Positions 18,577-28,151 of a DNA stretch of 64,000 bases are shown one piece after another. This stretch comes from Candidatus Multivoradales bacterium (GTDB taxonomy: Bacteria; Acidobacteriota; Thermoanaerobaculia; Multivoradales; JAHEKO01): the NCBI GenBank assembly GCA_965248055.1, contig CBDFIJ010000004.1, forward strand, positions 2,400,001 to 2,464,000, in the 5' to 3' direction. The notes under the pieces are model-generated. The model was given only the letters and a program-made list of their open reading frames with translations. It was not told where the DNA came from and made no database searches. Position 1 is the stretch's first letter; each line of letters opens with the position of its first letter. A program made the translations under genes and the position numbers.

Positions 18577-20092
18577 ATTCGATATTGCAGTGGTGGGAGC
18601 TGGGTTTGGTGGAGCGCTGTTAGCCCGTTTGCTGGCGCTACAAGGTCGCAGAGTAATCTTGATTGAGCGCGGCCAGCATCCGCGCAACCGCATCGGCGAG
18701 TCGACCACACCGTTAGCCAATTTCTGTCTGGAGAGGATCGCCCGACGCTATGGCACGAACGATCTCTTGGACCTGACCTCCTACGGTCGCTGGCGAGCGT
18801 CACGCCCGGACCTGCGCTGCGGTTTGAAGCGCGGCTTCACCTTCCTCAAACATCGAGCCGGAGAGCGCTACCGAGTGGCAGAAGAAAACCAGAACTTGTT
18901 GATGGTGGCGGCCAGCCCAGACGATGACTGTGCGGACACTCAGTGGTGGCGCGCCGATGTAGACCACGAGTTTGTGCGCCGGGCGGTGGCCGATGGCGTG
19001 GAATATCACCACCGTTGTCAGGTGGTGAATTTGGTGCAAGGTGAGGACACAGTACAGATAGAGATCGCGGAGCCCGCTGGCCGTCAGCAGATTTCAGCCG
19101 ACTTTGTGGTCGACGCCGCGGGGGGTGCAATTGCACGGCGCTGGTTTAGGGTCTTGGAAGGAACTCTGGAGACCCACACTGGGCTGTTGGCGGGGCACTT
19201 GGCTGGCGTCTCTACGGCTGCAATCAACTGGCCGACGCACGCTCCATATCCGCCGTTGGCGGCGGCGGTGCATCACTTGGTCGATCATGGTTGGCTCTAT
19301 GAACTGCGGTTCGATGCTGCAGAGGATCGGAGCGCATCGCCAGAGACCGAGCAACTGGCGTCGGTTGGCTGGGTTATTCCGCAGGGCTTGAGCACGGAAG
19401 AGCTCGAGTGGAGTGCCCTGATATCGCGCTATCCGACATTGAGTGAGGCCTTTTCGTCAGCCGAGTTGATCGAACCCATCACCCGGATTACAAGGATGCA
19501 ACAGCGGCTCGCCACCGCCAGCGGTTCGCGCTGGGTGGCGCTGCCCTCGGCTTATGCTGCCATCGATCCGCTGTTTTCCACCGGTATTGCCTGGACGCTT
19601 CGCGGCGTCGAGCGATTGGCGCAGATTCTCGGTCAGCCTCAGGAGCGAGATAGCTCGATCGACCAATATGCCCTCGATCTGGCCGAGGAATGTGACCAAA
19701 TTGATCGCTTGGTGGCGGGTGCCTATGAAGCGATGACCGATGAGCAGCGATTTTTCGACTACACCGCGCTCTACTTTGCTTTGGTCAGTTTTGCCGAACT
19801 GCAAGAGCGGTTGGTTCTGCGCGATCGACCTTCAGCTGGGTTTCTGGGGTCCAGCAACCAGCAGTGCCGTGATCTGGTGCGCTTGGCGCGCCGGAGCGAC
19901 CTCGATGGTGAGTCTTTCCGCCGGTGGCTCCAGCAAGCTGTGGAACCTTGGAATGTGGTCGGCCTTCTAAACCCTGGCCGAGCCAACCTGTATCCGGTCG
20001 ATCTCCATGAACTGCGCGCTCGGGTCGGTCGACTGGGGATTGAACCAGAAGAGTTCGACCAGATGGGTTCTCTCCTGCGAAGTGCATCGTAG
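18533..20092 (+). CDS. FAD-dependent halogenase-like oxidoreductase
   Basis: GAGFGG, IGEST, GLKRGF (catalytic Lys position), IDPLFSTG; WxWxIP motif degenerate (GWLYELRF). ATG 18533 or TTG 18506. Confidence 0.82.
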   Translation: MPERTVPERTAPQRTFDIAVVGAGFGGALLARLLALQGRRVILIERGQHPRNRIGESTTPLANFCLERIARRYGTNDLLDLTSYGRWRASRPDLRCGLKRGFTFLKHRAGERYRVAEENQNLLMVAASPDDDCADTQWWRADVDHEFVRRAVADGVEYHHRCQVVNLVQGEDTVQIEIAEPAGRQQISADFVVDAAGGAIARRWFRVLEGTLETHTGLLAGHLAGVSTAAINWPTHAPYPPLAAAVHHLVDHGWLYELRFDAAEDRSASPETEQLASVGWVIPQGLSTEELEWSALISRYPTLSEAFSSAELIEPITRITRMQQRLATASGSRWVALPSAYAAIDPLFSTGIAWTLRGVERLAQILGQPQERDSSIDQYALDLAEECDQIDRLVAGAYEAMTDEQRFFDYTALYFALVSFAELQERLVLRDRPSAGFLGSSNQQCRDLVRLARRSDLDGESFRRWLQQAVEPWNVVGLLNPGRANLYPVDLHELRARVGRLGIEPEEFDQMGSLLRSAS

Positions 20093-20110
20093 CGGCGCAC
20101 TTGCCCCCGT

Positions 20111-20647
20111 TTACTTGAGGGACGGTCTCTTCCACTCGCTGCGCAACAGTGCGAACAGGGCATTGTCGCGGCGTTTTCCGTCCAACACGAAGTAGTCCCG
20201 CAGGGTGCCCTCACGCAGGAACTGATTCGACTCCAAAACGCGTATCGATCCCAGGTTGCGCAAGTCGCAACGAGCCTCGATTCGCTGCAGGCTGGAACGG
20301 TCGAAGATGGTCTCCAATACCTTAGCCAGGGCGATCTGCATGATTCCCTGTCCTTGAGCTTCTTGAGTCAGCGCGTAGCCGATCTCGGCAAGACCGTGCT
20401 CCCAGGAGAGGATCGATAGGGTCACCCAGCCGACCGGTCGCGGAGCATCAATGATCCAACCGAATCGAGTGCCTTGACCGCGAGATAGATTTTCCGAGCC
20501 AGAAGAGAAATCGCGGCGAATGGCGTTGGCGCCATGACTCTCCACCGGTTGGTATCGGCGCACCGATTCCTCCGCCCGCCAAGCGCCGATGCGCTCGGCG
20601 TCAAACGGGTAGGCGGGGCGGACTCGAATTTCGCTTTCTGTCTTCAT
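20111..20647 (-). CDS. GNAT N-acetyltransferase (RimJ/RimL-like)
   Basis: EIGYAL..AQGQGIM and N.GSIRVLE..F.REG.LR; start at MKTES. Confidence 0.85.
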   Translation of the reverse strand: MKTESEIRVRPAYPFDAERIGAWRAEESVRRYQPVESHGANAIRRDFSSGSENLSRGQGTRFGWIIDAPRPVGWVTLSILSWEHGLAEIGYALTQEAQGQGIMQIALAKVLETIFDRSSLQRIEARCDLRNLGSIRVLESNQFLREGTLRDYFVLDGKRRDNALFALLRSEWKRPSLK

Positions 20648-20660
20648 TGTCAAGAATCGC

Positions 20661-22262
20661 TCACTCCAAGACGTACTCGGTGGCCGGGTAGCTGGAGGTC
20701 GGCAGCTGGCGCGGTGGCAAGCGAGTCTCGAAGGTCTGGATGAAAACCGTGGCGTAGCCGCCCGCAAACAGACCTAGGAAGGGAATCGAAGACCACCAGT
20801 GCATCCACACAGCGACCCCCAGAGCGAAGCTGCAATAGAGCGCCAGTCCGGCTTCATAGAACCAAGTGTGATCGTTGGCGGCGCGGTAGCGAGGCAATCT
20901 CGGGGCTGTCTGATTGTTGTCGGTGGCAACCTCTGGGGACGGGTTGTCGGCGTATTTGGGCGTGCGGTGAAACACCCCTCCCAGGCTCCACAACCCAGCC
21001 ACCACTGCTCGACTGTTGGCGGCGGCAAAGCCAAGGCCCAGTGCCATCGCTCCGACTAGGTCTGCAATCCGCCGAATTGTGGCAACTTGGCGCCGACGTA
21101 CGGCGTCGATGAACACCCAGGTGAAAGACCCGGTTCCGGCCAACAGCAGAAATTGGTCTAGCCACAGCAATCCGCCGAAGTCGAGTCGCTGGCGAATCAT
21201 CAGACTCGGCAAATAGAGCAATGAGATCGCCAGCAAACAAAGGTGGCCGAGCGGAGAAACGAGATGCATCAATCCGTGTGCCCGTTGCCGCAGTCGATCG
21301 CGGCCGAGTACTAGACCCAGAAGTTTGCGTAGTGTTTGGGCGCCACCAGTTGCCCAGCGGACTTGCTGGCTCTTCAATGCCGACATCAAAGTGGGAAGTT
21401 CCGAGGCGACTCCGAGGTCAGAACAGTAGACGAATTTCCAGCCCGCCAGCTGCGCCCGATAGGAGAGGTCCAAGTCCTCGGTCAGGGTGTCGTGGGCCCA
21501 CCCACCAACTGATTCGATCGCAGATCGACGCCAGACTCCAGCGGTACCGTTGAAATTGAACCAGAGGTTTGCCGCCGCTCGACCGGGCTGCTCGACCAAG
21601 AAATGAGCGTCCAGCAAAACCGCTTGAGCGCGGGTGAGAAACGACTGGTCTCGATTGAGATAGTCCCAACGAGCCTGCACCATGCCGACTTGCGGGTTCG
21701 CAAAATGAACCAGTGCCCGGCGCAGGAAATCGGCGTCCGGCACAAAGTCGGCGTCAAAGATTGCCACTAGATCAGCGTCGGATTTCTGCAACCCGTCAGC
21801 TAGGGCTCCGGCCTTGAAACCGATTCTTTGCGATCGTCTGAGGTGGTCGACACGGACCCCACGAGCACGCCATCGATTCACCACTTCGGCTAGTCGCGCG
21901 CAAGTATCGTCGGTCGAATCGTCGAGCACTTGGATGTGCAGTCGATCTCGAGGGTAGTCGAGAGCGCAGGCGGCATCGACCACCCGTTCGGCGACGTAGC
22001 GTTCGTTGTAGACCGGGAGTTGAACCACCACTTCGGGCAGCCCCTCGTCGGACGGCGTTGCGTCGGCCGTTGCTGATCGATCACACGGGGCGTCTGTCGA
22101 AGACCCCCGCATCGACCGCCACAGTGACAGTCGGTAGAGGCCGAATACGGCGAGCGTTGAAAGCGCCGCATAATAGACAGCAATGACCAGCCAAGACACC
22201 ATTGCCATGAATTCTTGTACCAGTTGATGGTCGATCCATGCCTGCAACGTCGATAACACCAT
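20661..22262 (-). CDS. GT2 cellulose-synthase-like processive glycosyltransferase
   Basis: QLPVYNE, LDDSTD, GFKAGAL, FDADF, TEDLDLSYR, QQVRW; C-terminal TMs; true start may be 22208. Confidence 0.9.
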   Translation of the reverse strand: MVLSTLQAWIDHQLVQEFMAMVSWLVIAVYYAALSTLAVFGLYRLSLWRSMRGSSTDAPCDRSATADATPSDEGLPEVVVQLPVYNERYVAERVVDAACALDYPRDRLHIQVLDDSTDDTCARLAEVVNRWRARGVRVDHLRRSQRIGFKAGALADGLQKSDADLVAIFDADFVPDADFLRRALVHFANPQVGMVQARWDYLNRDQSFLTRAQAVLLDAHFLVEQPGRAAANLWFNFNGTAGVWRRSAIESVGGWAHDTLTEDLDLSYRAQLAGWKFVYCSDLGVASELPTLMSALKSQQVRWATGGAQTLRKLLGLVLGRDRLRQRAHGLMHLVSPLGHLCLLAISLLYLPSLMIRQRLDFGGLLWLDQFLLLAGTGSFTWVFIDAVRRRQVATIRRIADLVGAMALGLGFAAANSRAVVAGLWSLGGVFHRTPKYADNPSPEVATDNNQTAPRLPRYRAANDHTWFYEAGLALYCSFALGVAVWMHWWSSIPFLGLFAGGYATVFIQTFETRLPPRQLPTSSYPATEYVLE

Positions 22263-23644
22263 CGTTCTACCGCCTGCGCAAAGGTTTGCCGTGGTTGTCG
22301 ATCAGCATGGTGGTTGCGGCGGTGGTTGCCTGGACGTGGGGCGATCTCGTAGGCCAGCCCGTTTGGTTGGTGGGCTGGGGCGCGGTTGGATTCTCGGCAT
22401 TGGCGGTTGAGGCAGTGTACCGCCGACAAAAACCCGTCGAGGGCGTGGTTAGGGTGCTGGTGGTGGCTGCATTGCTCAGACTGATCAGCATCTTTATTGC
22501 TCCGACACTCAGTACCGACATCTACCGCTACGCGTGGGATGGGCAGGTGGCTTTGTCGGGCGCCAACCCTTATTTAAGCGCGCCGAATTCTTCTCAGTTT
22601 GAGTCACTTCGCTCGCCGCTGTGGCAACAGCTCGACCATCGCGACGTGCCGACAGTTTACCCACCTGTGGCGTTGGCGAGCTTCATGGTGGCGGCAGCCG
22701 GACCGGTTCCGCTGACAACGCTCAAGGTGTTGTTCGGTTTGACGGATTTGGTCACGGTTTGGTTGCTGATCGGTATCTTGAGACGTAGGGCGATCGATCC
22801 AGGGTGGGCAGTTTTCTACGCGTGGAATCCGTTGGTCGTTTTGGAGACCGCAGGGATGGGGCACGTGGATTCGCTGGGGGTGATGCTGGTAGTCGCGTCA
22901 GTGTCGGCGATCGACCGCAGAAAGCCCCGGATCGCTGGATTGGCGGCGGCGGGTGCGGTGCTGACCAAGGCGGTGCCGATTTTGATATTGCCTTTGCTGT
23001 GGCAAAGACGCTGGTGGGTCTCGGCGGCGGCGCGAACTCGGTTTTGGACCCTCGCGTTCGCCGTTGTGGGCACGATTGGCTTCGTTTGGTTTTGGCTGTT
23101 GGCGGGAGTTCCGCCGGGTTGGCTGCGATTCGGCGTCTCGTGGGAGTTCAATGGGCCGCTGTTTGAGCCACTGTGGCGCGTCTTAGAAGCCTGGTCGGCC
23201 CCCGCAATGGTTGCCGCGGTCTTGGATCAACTCAAAGAATTCACCGGTCGTCACGATTTCTGGAATCTTTTCTACCCATGGAACTATCCCCAGTTCTTGG
23301 CCAAGGGGATTCTCGCCCTCGGCTTGGCTGCTTGGCTGGTAGGTGCTTGGCGTGCTGCGACACTAGAGGCTGGCTTGCGTAAGGTCTTTTTTGGCCTGCT
23401 GGTTTTTTCTGCCACCGTCTATCCTTGGTATCTACTCTGGGTATTGCCCTGGGCGGTAGCGACTCGACGCCTGTCTTACCTGGCGCTGTCGGCCCTTGCC
23501 TTGATCTCCTATCTGCCACAAATCTATGGGCAGTCGGTGTTTCCCTGGTATTGGGGTTTAATGTGGGGTGGATTCGCCTTAGCCTGGGTGTTGGAAAATC
23601 GCCTACGCCGGGTAAATGATCAGGCCGCAAGCCATCCGTCATGA
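22238..23644 (+). CDS. GT-C type (GT87/DUF2029-like) membrane glycosyltransferase
   Basis: LSTDIYRYAWDG, NPY, VYPP, YAWNPL, GHVD, YPWY; multiple TM helices. Confidence 0.8.
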   Translation: MPATSITPSFYRLRKGLPWLSISMVVAAVVAWTWGDLVGQPVWLVGWGAVGFSALAVEAVYRRQKPVEGVVRVLVVAALLRLISIFIAPTLSTDIYRYAWDGQVALSGANPYLSAPNSSQFESLRSPLWQQLDHRDVPTVYPPVALASFMVAAAGPVPLTTLKVLFGLTDLVTVWLLIGILRRRAIDPGWAVFYAWNPLVVLETAGMGHVDSLGVMLVVASVSAIDRRKPRIAGLAAAGAVLTKAVPILILPLLWQRRWWVSAAARTRFWTLAFAVVGTIGFVWFWLLAGVPPGWLRFGVSWEFNGPLFEPLWRVLEAWSAPAMVAAVLDQLKEFTGRHDFWNLFYPWNYPQFLAKGILALGLAAWLVGAWRAATLEAGLRKVFFGLLVFSATVYPWYLLWVLPWAVATRRLSYLALSALALISYLPQIYGQSVFPWYWGLMWGGFALAWVLENRLRRVNDQAASHPS

Positions 23645-24414
23645 ACCGCACTCAACTCATTGTCTCGTACCGTGGCACCGCCTATGTCGGTTGGCAGCGG
23701 CAAACCAATGGGCTGGCGGTTCAGCAGGTGTTGGAAGAGGCTATCGAGCGCTTGGTCGGCGATCCAGTGACGGTGTTCGCGGCCGGTCGTACCGACGCTG
23801 GAGTCCACGCTTTGGGCCAATCGGTTCACCTCGACACGATGCAGGAGCTACCCGCCAAGGGTTGGGTACACGGAACCAATCGATTCTTGCCGGAAGATAT
23901 TCGCGTGCTGGCAGCGGTTGCCAAGGACCACGACTTTCATGCTCGTTTCGGCGCACAGCAGAAGGAGTATCGATATTGGGTGTCGACCGCGCCGGTGATC
24001 GACGCCCTGGAGTGCTGGCGCTCGATCCGAGTTTCGCCGGTGATTGATTTCGAGCGCATGAATCAAGCTGCACAGTCCCTAGTGGGTGAACACGATTTTG
24101 CCGCCTTTGCCCTGGCTGGAGGCGCGCACCACGATGCCAAACGCACCGTGTACTCCGCTTGGTGGCGGGCTGACGGCGAGCGAGCGGTGTTTACCATCAT
24201 CGGAAACGGGTTTCTTCGTGGCATGGTCCGGTCGATTGTCGGCACTCTGCTGGAAGTTGGTTCGGCGGGCCGAGAGCCGGAGAACTTGGCTGTGCTGCTG
24301 GAGGGTGCAGATCGAGGTCAAGCGGGACCGACCGCACCGGCCAAAGGGCTGGTGCTCCAGAGGGTGGTGTATTCCGATTCGACGAGAGAGAATAGCGTTA
24401 CAGGAGGTGGTTGA
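23641..24414 (+). CDS. truA: tRNA pseudouridine(38-40) synthase
   Basis: Y.GT.Y.GWQ, GRTDAGVHA, FHARF, GNGFLRGMVR, TAPAKGL. Confidence 0.96.
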   Translation: MNRTQLIVSYRGTAYVGWQRQTNGLAVQQVLEEAIERLVGDPVTVFAAGRTDAGVHALGQSVHLDTMQELPAKGWVHGTNRFLPEDIRVLAAVAKDHDFHARFGAQQKEYRYWVSTAPVIDALECWRSIRVSPVIDFERMNQAAQSLVGEHDFAAFALAGGAHHDAKRTVYSAWWRADGERAVFTIIGNGFLRGMVRSIVGTLLEVGSAGREPENLAVLLEGADRGQAGPTAPAKGLVLQRVVYSDSTRENSVTGGG

Positions 24415-24423
24415 GGCAATCTG

Positions 24424-25335
24424 GTGGCACTCGATCTCGGTGCCAAGCCTCATGCTAATTTGGTTTCCAATATGCGTGGAAAAGTTTCATCTAGTCAACA
24501 AAACAAACCCAAAGAATTGCTCTTGCGAAGAGTGCAAGAAGAGGAGATTCCGCGCCACGTAGCGGTGATCATGGATGGCAACGGGCGCTGGGCGCAGGCC
24601 CGCAACCGACCTCGGGTCGAGGGCCATCGGGCCGGCGTGCAAGCGGTGCGCGAAACCGTCGAGACCGCGGCTGAGTTGAAGCTCGAGTACCTGACGCTCT
24701 ACGCCTTTTCTCAAGAGAACTGGCAGCGACCCAAGGTGGAAGTGTGGACCTTGATGAACTTGCTCAAGGAATACCTTCGCCGGGAAAGGCAGAATATGGT
24801 CGATAACGACATCCGCCTGCAGATTCTCGGACGCTGGCAAGAGCTTGACTCATCGGTGGTCAAGGCTGTTGAGCGGGGACTGGCTGCCACCGCCGACTGT
24901 CAGGGGATGACTTTGAACATTGCTCTCAACTACTCCGGTCGCTCTGAGATCGTCGACGCCTGTCGACGGATCGTCGGCGACTGGGCTGCCGGCCAGCCGG
25001 TGGATATCGATGAGAAGACCCTGGACCAGCATTTGTACACCAGCGGCCAGACACCACCGGACTTGATGATCCGCACCTCCGGAGAGAAACGAATTTCAAA
25101 TTTCTTAATTTGGCAGATTGCCTATTCGGAACTTTGGTTTACCGACAAGCTGTGGCCCGATTTCAAGCGCGCAGATTTTCTTCAGGCTATTCTCGACTAT
25201 CAATCGCGATCGAGGCGATTTGGCAAAGTCTCGGGACAGAGTGCAGCGCTGAGCGACCGTTCTCTGTTGCTGGAGCATGAATCCGAGATCGGCCGAGATG
25301 CTGGCGAAGCATCGTCTGATGCCAGTGCTCGATAA
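24424..25335 (+). CDS. uppS: Undecaprenyl diphosphate synthase
   Basis: PRHVAVIMDGNGRWA, YAFSQENW, IRTSGEKRISNFL; start uncertain (24424 or 24472). Confidence 0.95.
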   Translation: MALDLGAKPHANLVSNMRGKVSSSQQNKPKELLLRRVQEEEIPRHVAVIMDGNGRWAQARNRPRVEGHRAGVQAVRETVETAAELKLEYLTLYAFSQENWQRPKVEVWTLMNLLKEYLRRERQNMVDNDIRLQILGRWQELDSSVVKAVERGLAATADCQGMTLNIALNYSGRSEIVDACRRIVGDWAAGQPVDIDEKTLDQHLYTSGQTPPDLMIRTSGEKRISNFLIWQIAYSELWFTDKLWPDFKRADFLQAILDYQSRSRRFGKVSGQSAALSDRSLLLEHESEIGRDAGEASSDASAR

Positions 25336-25350
25336 CAAACTAGACAGCTT

Positions 25351-26121
25351 GTGCGGCGCCTAGTTACCGCAGTGATTCTTTTGCCGTTGATCGTCGCCGC
25401 CATCTGGTGGTTGCCGGAAACTGCTCTTTCCTGGCTTTTTGTGGTGGTCTTCAGCAGCTGCGCCGGCGAGTTCGCCCGCATCAATCAACTCAGCTCTCGA
25501 CCTTGGGTGTACGAATTGGTGGTTGCCGGGTTGTTGGTCGCGGCGCTGGGTCTGCTTAAGGCCCCGGTCGCAGCAACTCATCTGATGGTGTTGACGGTAG
25601 CGGTCGCGGCGCTGTGGATGGTGGCCTCCAGAACCTCGATGGATCGCAGAGCGACCGTTGGTGCGACTGTTGCCTTTGGGTTGGTGTACTTTGTGGTCGC
25701 GGTGCGTGGCCTGGTAGAGGTTCGTGCCCATGGCGCATCGTTGCTGTTGTTGTTGGTGGCGATGGTCGCTGCCGGGGACACGGCTGCCTATTACCTCGGG
25801 CGAGCTTTCGGTAAGCGCAAGATGGCGGAAACTCTGTCCCCCAACAAGACCTGGGTTGGATTCTTTGCTTCGCTGGCGGCGGCCACCTTTTTGGCCGGTG
25901 GCTGGGCGGTTTGGCAGCAACTGAACGTGCCTATGTGGCTGGTGGCCGGAGCGGTCACCAATTTGGCGGCACAGGGTGGCGACCTATTGGAGTCGGCCTT
26001 CAAACGACAGGCCGGGGTCAAGGACTCTGGAGATTTACTGCCCGGACATGGTGGAATATGGGACCGTGTCGACGCGATCTTGTTGGCGGCCCCCGCCTTC
26101 GCCGTGATGCTTCCAGGCTAG
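25351..26121 (+). CDS. cdsA: Phosphatidate cytidylyltransferase
   Basis: SPNKTW.G and GDLLESAFKR..GVKDSG.LLPGHGG.WDRVD. Confidence 0.95.
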   Translation: MRRLVTAVILLPLIVAAIWWLPETALSWLFVVVFSSCAGEFARINQLSSRPWVYELVVAGLLVAALGLLKAPVAATHLMVLTVAVAALWMVASRTSMDRRATVGATVAFGLVYFVVAVRGLVEVRAHGASLLLLLVAMVAAGDTAAYYLGRAFGKRKMAETLSPNKTWVGFFASLAAATFLAGGWAVWQQLNVPMWLVAGAVTNLAAQGGDLLESAFKRQAGVKDSGDLLPGHGGIWDRVDAILLAAPAFAVMLPG

Positions 26122-26140
26122 CGACACAAGCGGTAGAAAG

Positions 26141-26155
26141 TGGCACGGTTCCTGC
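26141..26155 (+). promoter_or_regulatory. Possible sigma54 (-24/-12) promoter upstream of rseP
   Basis: TGGCACGGTTCCTGC (GG-N10-GC) in the cdsA-rseP gap. Confidence 0.4.
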
Positions 26156-26271
26156 GGCGGCTGAGACCGCGGAGGAGGGCCCTGAAACAGGTCTGACGCT
26201 TGACGGCGAACCGGTAACGTTGTCGGCGCCGATGTTGAATATTTCGCCTGGTGGCGTTGTTTGGAGTTGAT

Positions 26272-27585
26272 ATGCAGATTCTGACTAATCTACTTGCTTT
26301 TATCTTTGCCCTCGGGGTGATCGTTTTTGTCCATGAATTGGGGCATTTCGTGGTCGCCAAGGCATTCAATTGTCGGGTTCATACTTTTTCCCTCGGCTGG
26401 GGAAAACGACTGTGGGGGTTTCGCCGTGGTGAGACCGACTACCGCGTGGCGCTGTTCCCGATTGGTGGCTACGTTCAGTTGGCGGGCGAGGATCCCAAAG
26501 ATATCGATCCCCAGGACGAACGCCATTTCATGAACAAGCCCCGTTGGCAGCGGATTTTGGTCTACCTCGCCGGTCCGGCGATGAATGTGGTGTTGTCGGT
26601 ATCTGTGATCGCGATCTTGTTCATGGTCGGAATTGAGGTTCCAGGATTGCAACGATTGGGACCAGTGATCGGTTCGGTGGTTGAGGGCTCTGCCGGTGCT
26701 GAGGCTGGTCTGCAAGCCGGAGACAAGGTCCTTACGATTGACGGTAAAGCGGTGAGCAATTGGGACGACGTACAGTTTGCGATCCTCGCCGGGGCGGGAC
26801 AGACGCTGACGGTCGAGGTTGAGCGCGAGGGTTCGGTCAACACCCACCAACTGACCCCGGTTCAAGTTCCTAAGTATGAAATTGGTGACGCTGGCATTTA
26901 CGCCCAGTTCGTACCGCGGGTGACCATGGTGGAGTCCGGTAGCCCAGCGGACCTCGGTGGTTTGAAGAATCGGGATGAGTTGCTCGCGGTTGATGGACAC
27001 CCGGTCACCGGAAGCGGGGAATTTGTCGCTCTGATTCGCGAGCGGGGTGGCGCTAGTACCAAGCTGGATATTTTGCGCGATGGCGAGCCGTTGTCGATTA
27101 CGCTGACGCCGAAGGGCGAGAAGGGTGAGGGGCTGATCGGTATTGGTCTGGGTGTTTATCAGCGATTCGGACCGATCCGAGCGCTGACTGAGAGCGTCCG
27201 CTACAACTGGCAACTGGCCCGGCAAACCGGAGACGTGGTCGGACGTATCGCCACCGGTCGGATGGCCGCCAAGAGTGCGCTGTCGGGGCCGGTCGAGATT
27301 GCTGCGTTGTCCGGTGCCGCGGCGAGAAGTGGTTTCAAGAACCTCTTCTACTTGATGGCCTTGGTCAGTATCAGCGTCGGATTGCTGAACCTGCTACCAA
27401 TTCCGATTCTCGACGGTGGGCAGATTTTGCTGCTATTGGTCGAGTCGGTGATGCGTAAGGATCTTTCACTGGCATTCAAGGAGCGATTTAACCAAGTTGG
27501 CTTCGCCATGGTGATGATGCTGATGGCGGCGGTGCTATATTTCGATCTGAGCAAGAATTGGCCAGACTGGCTGACACTTGGTTGA
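26272..27585 (+). CDS. rseP: RIP metalloprotease RseP with two PDZ domains
   Basis: HELGH, AGP.MN, NLLPIPILDGG; GGAG RBS before ATG 26272. Confidence 0.95.
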   Translation: MQILTNLLAFIFALGVIVFVHELGHFVVAKAFNCRVHTFSLGWGKRLWGFRRGETDYRVALFPIGGYVQLAGEDPKDIDPQDERHFMNKPRWQRILVYLAGPAMNVVLSVSVIAILFMVGIEVPGLQRLGPVIGSVVEGSAGAEAGLQAGDKVLTIDGKAVSNWDDVQFAILAGAGQTLTVEVEREGSVNTHQLTPVQVPKYEIGDAGIYAQFVPRVTMVESGSPADLGGLKNRDELLAVDGHPVTGSGEFVALIRERGGASTKLDILRDGEPLSITLTPKGEKGEGLIGIGLGVYQRFGPIRALTESVRYNWQLARQTGDVVGRIATGRMAAKSALSGPVEIAALSGAAARSGFKNLFYLMALVSISVGLLNLLPIPILDGGQILLLLVESVMRKDLSLAFKERFNQVGFAMVMMLMAAVLYFDLSKNWPDWLTLG

Positions 27586-27604
27586 CCAACATCCCATAAC
27601 CAAT

Positions 27605-28114
27605 ATGACTAACCAATCAATTTCGATCGGATCCGGGGCGCCCGATTTCGACCTTTCTTCGACCGAGGACGTGCTCCTGATGTTGCGCGACGAAGTGCCG
27701 CGCAACGCCATGGTTCTCTATGTCTTTTTAGAAGATGACGATTCGACCCGGGCCGATCTCCAAGTACTGGGTGAGAGTGTCTCCGGGTGGGCCGCCAAGG
27801 GCATACGAGTGATGGCACTGGCGCCGCTCAAGCTGCCGGTCCTCAAGCAACTCCAGGCGGAGCTCCAGTTGCCGTTTCCGCTGTTGGCCGATGACCGTGA
27901 TTTCTGCGCCCAATATGGGGTCGACCCGGAGGCTACCGGTCGCCGTCTGGTGGTGGTCAATCGTCATTGCCAAGTCGCATGGATCGCCGATCCTTGGACC
28001 GACATTGTAGAGGCGATTACAGCGATGAAGGCTGCCGGTCTCGACAAAGAGTCGGCGCTGACGAACTATCCGGGCAAGGTCATCAACCGACTTGTGAGTT
28101 GGTGGGTCAACTGA
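27605..28114 (+). CDS. Redoxin/AhpC-TSA fold protein lacking the peroxidatic Cys
   Basis: IGSGAPDFDL and LPFPLLADDR; no PxxxTxxC motif. Confidence 0.7.
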   Translation: MTNQSISIGSGAPDFDLSSTEDVLLMLRDEVPRNAMVLYVFLEDDDSTRADLQVLGESVSGWAAKGIRVMALAPLKLPVLKQLQAELQLPFPLLADDRDFCAQYGVDPEATGRRLVVVNRHCQVAWIADPWTDIVEAITAMKAAGLDKESALTNYPGKVINRLVSWWVN

Positions 28115-28151
28115 TCGTCCGTTGCGGTTCGCTGACGAACCGCCTGCAATC

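Noticed and set aside
20111-20647. GNAT as a fourth member of the AsnB/radical SAM/halogenase cluster
   Set aside because: Convergent and apparently co-transcribed with the GT2 gene; no evidence of linkage without synteny data.
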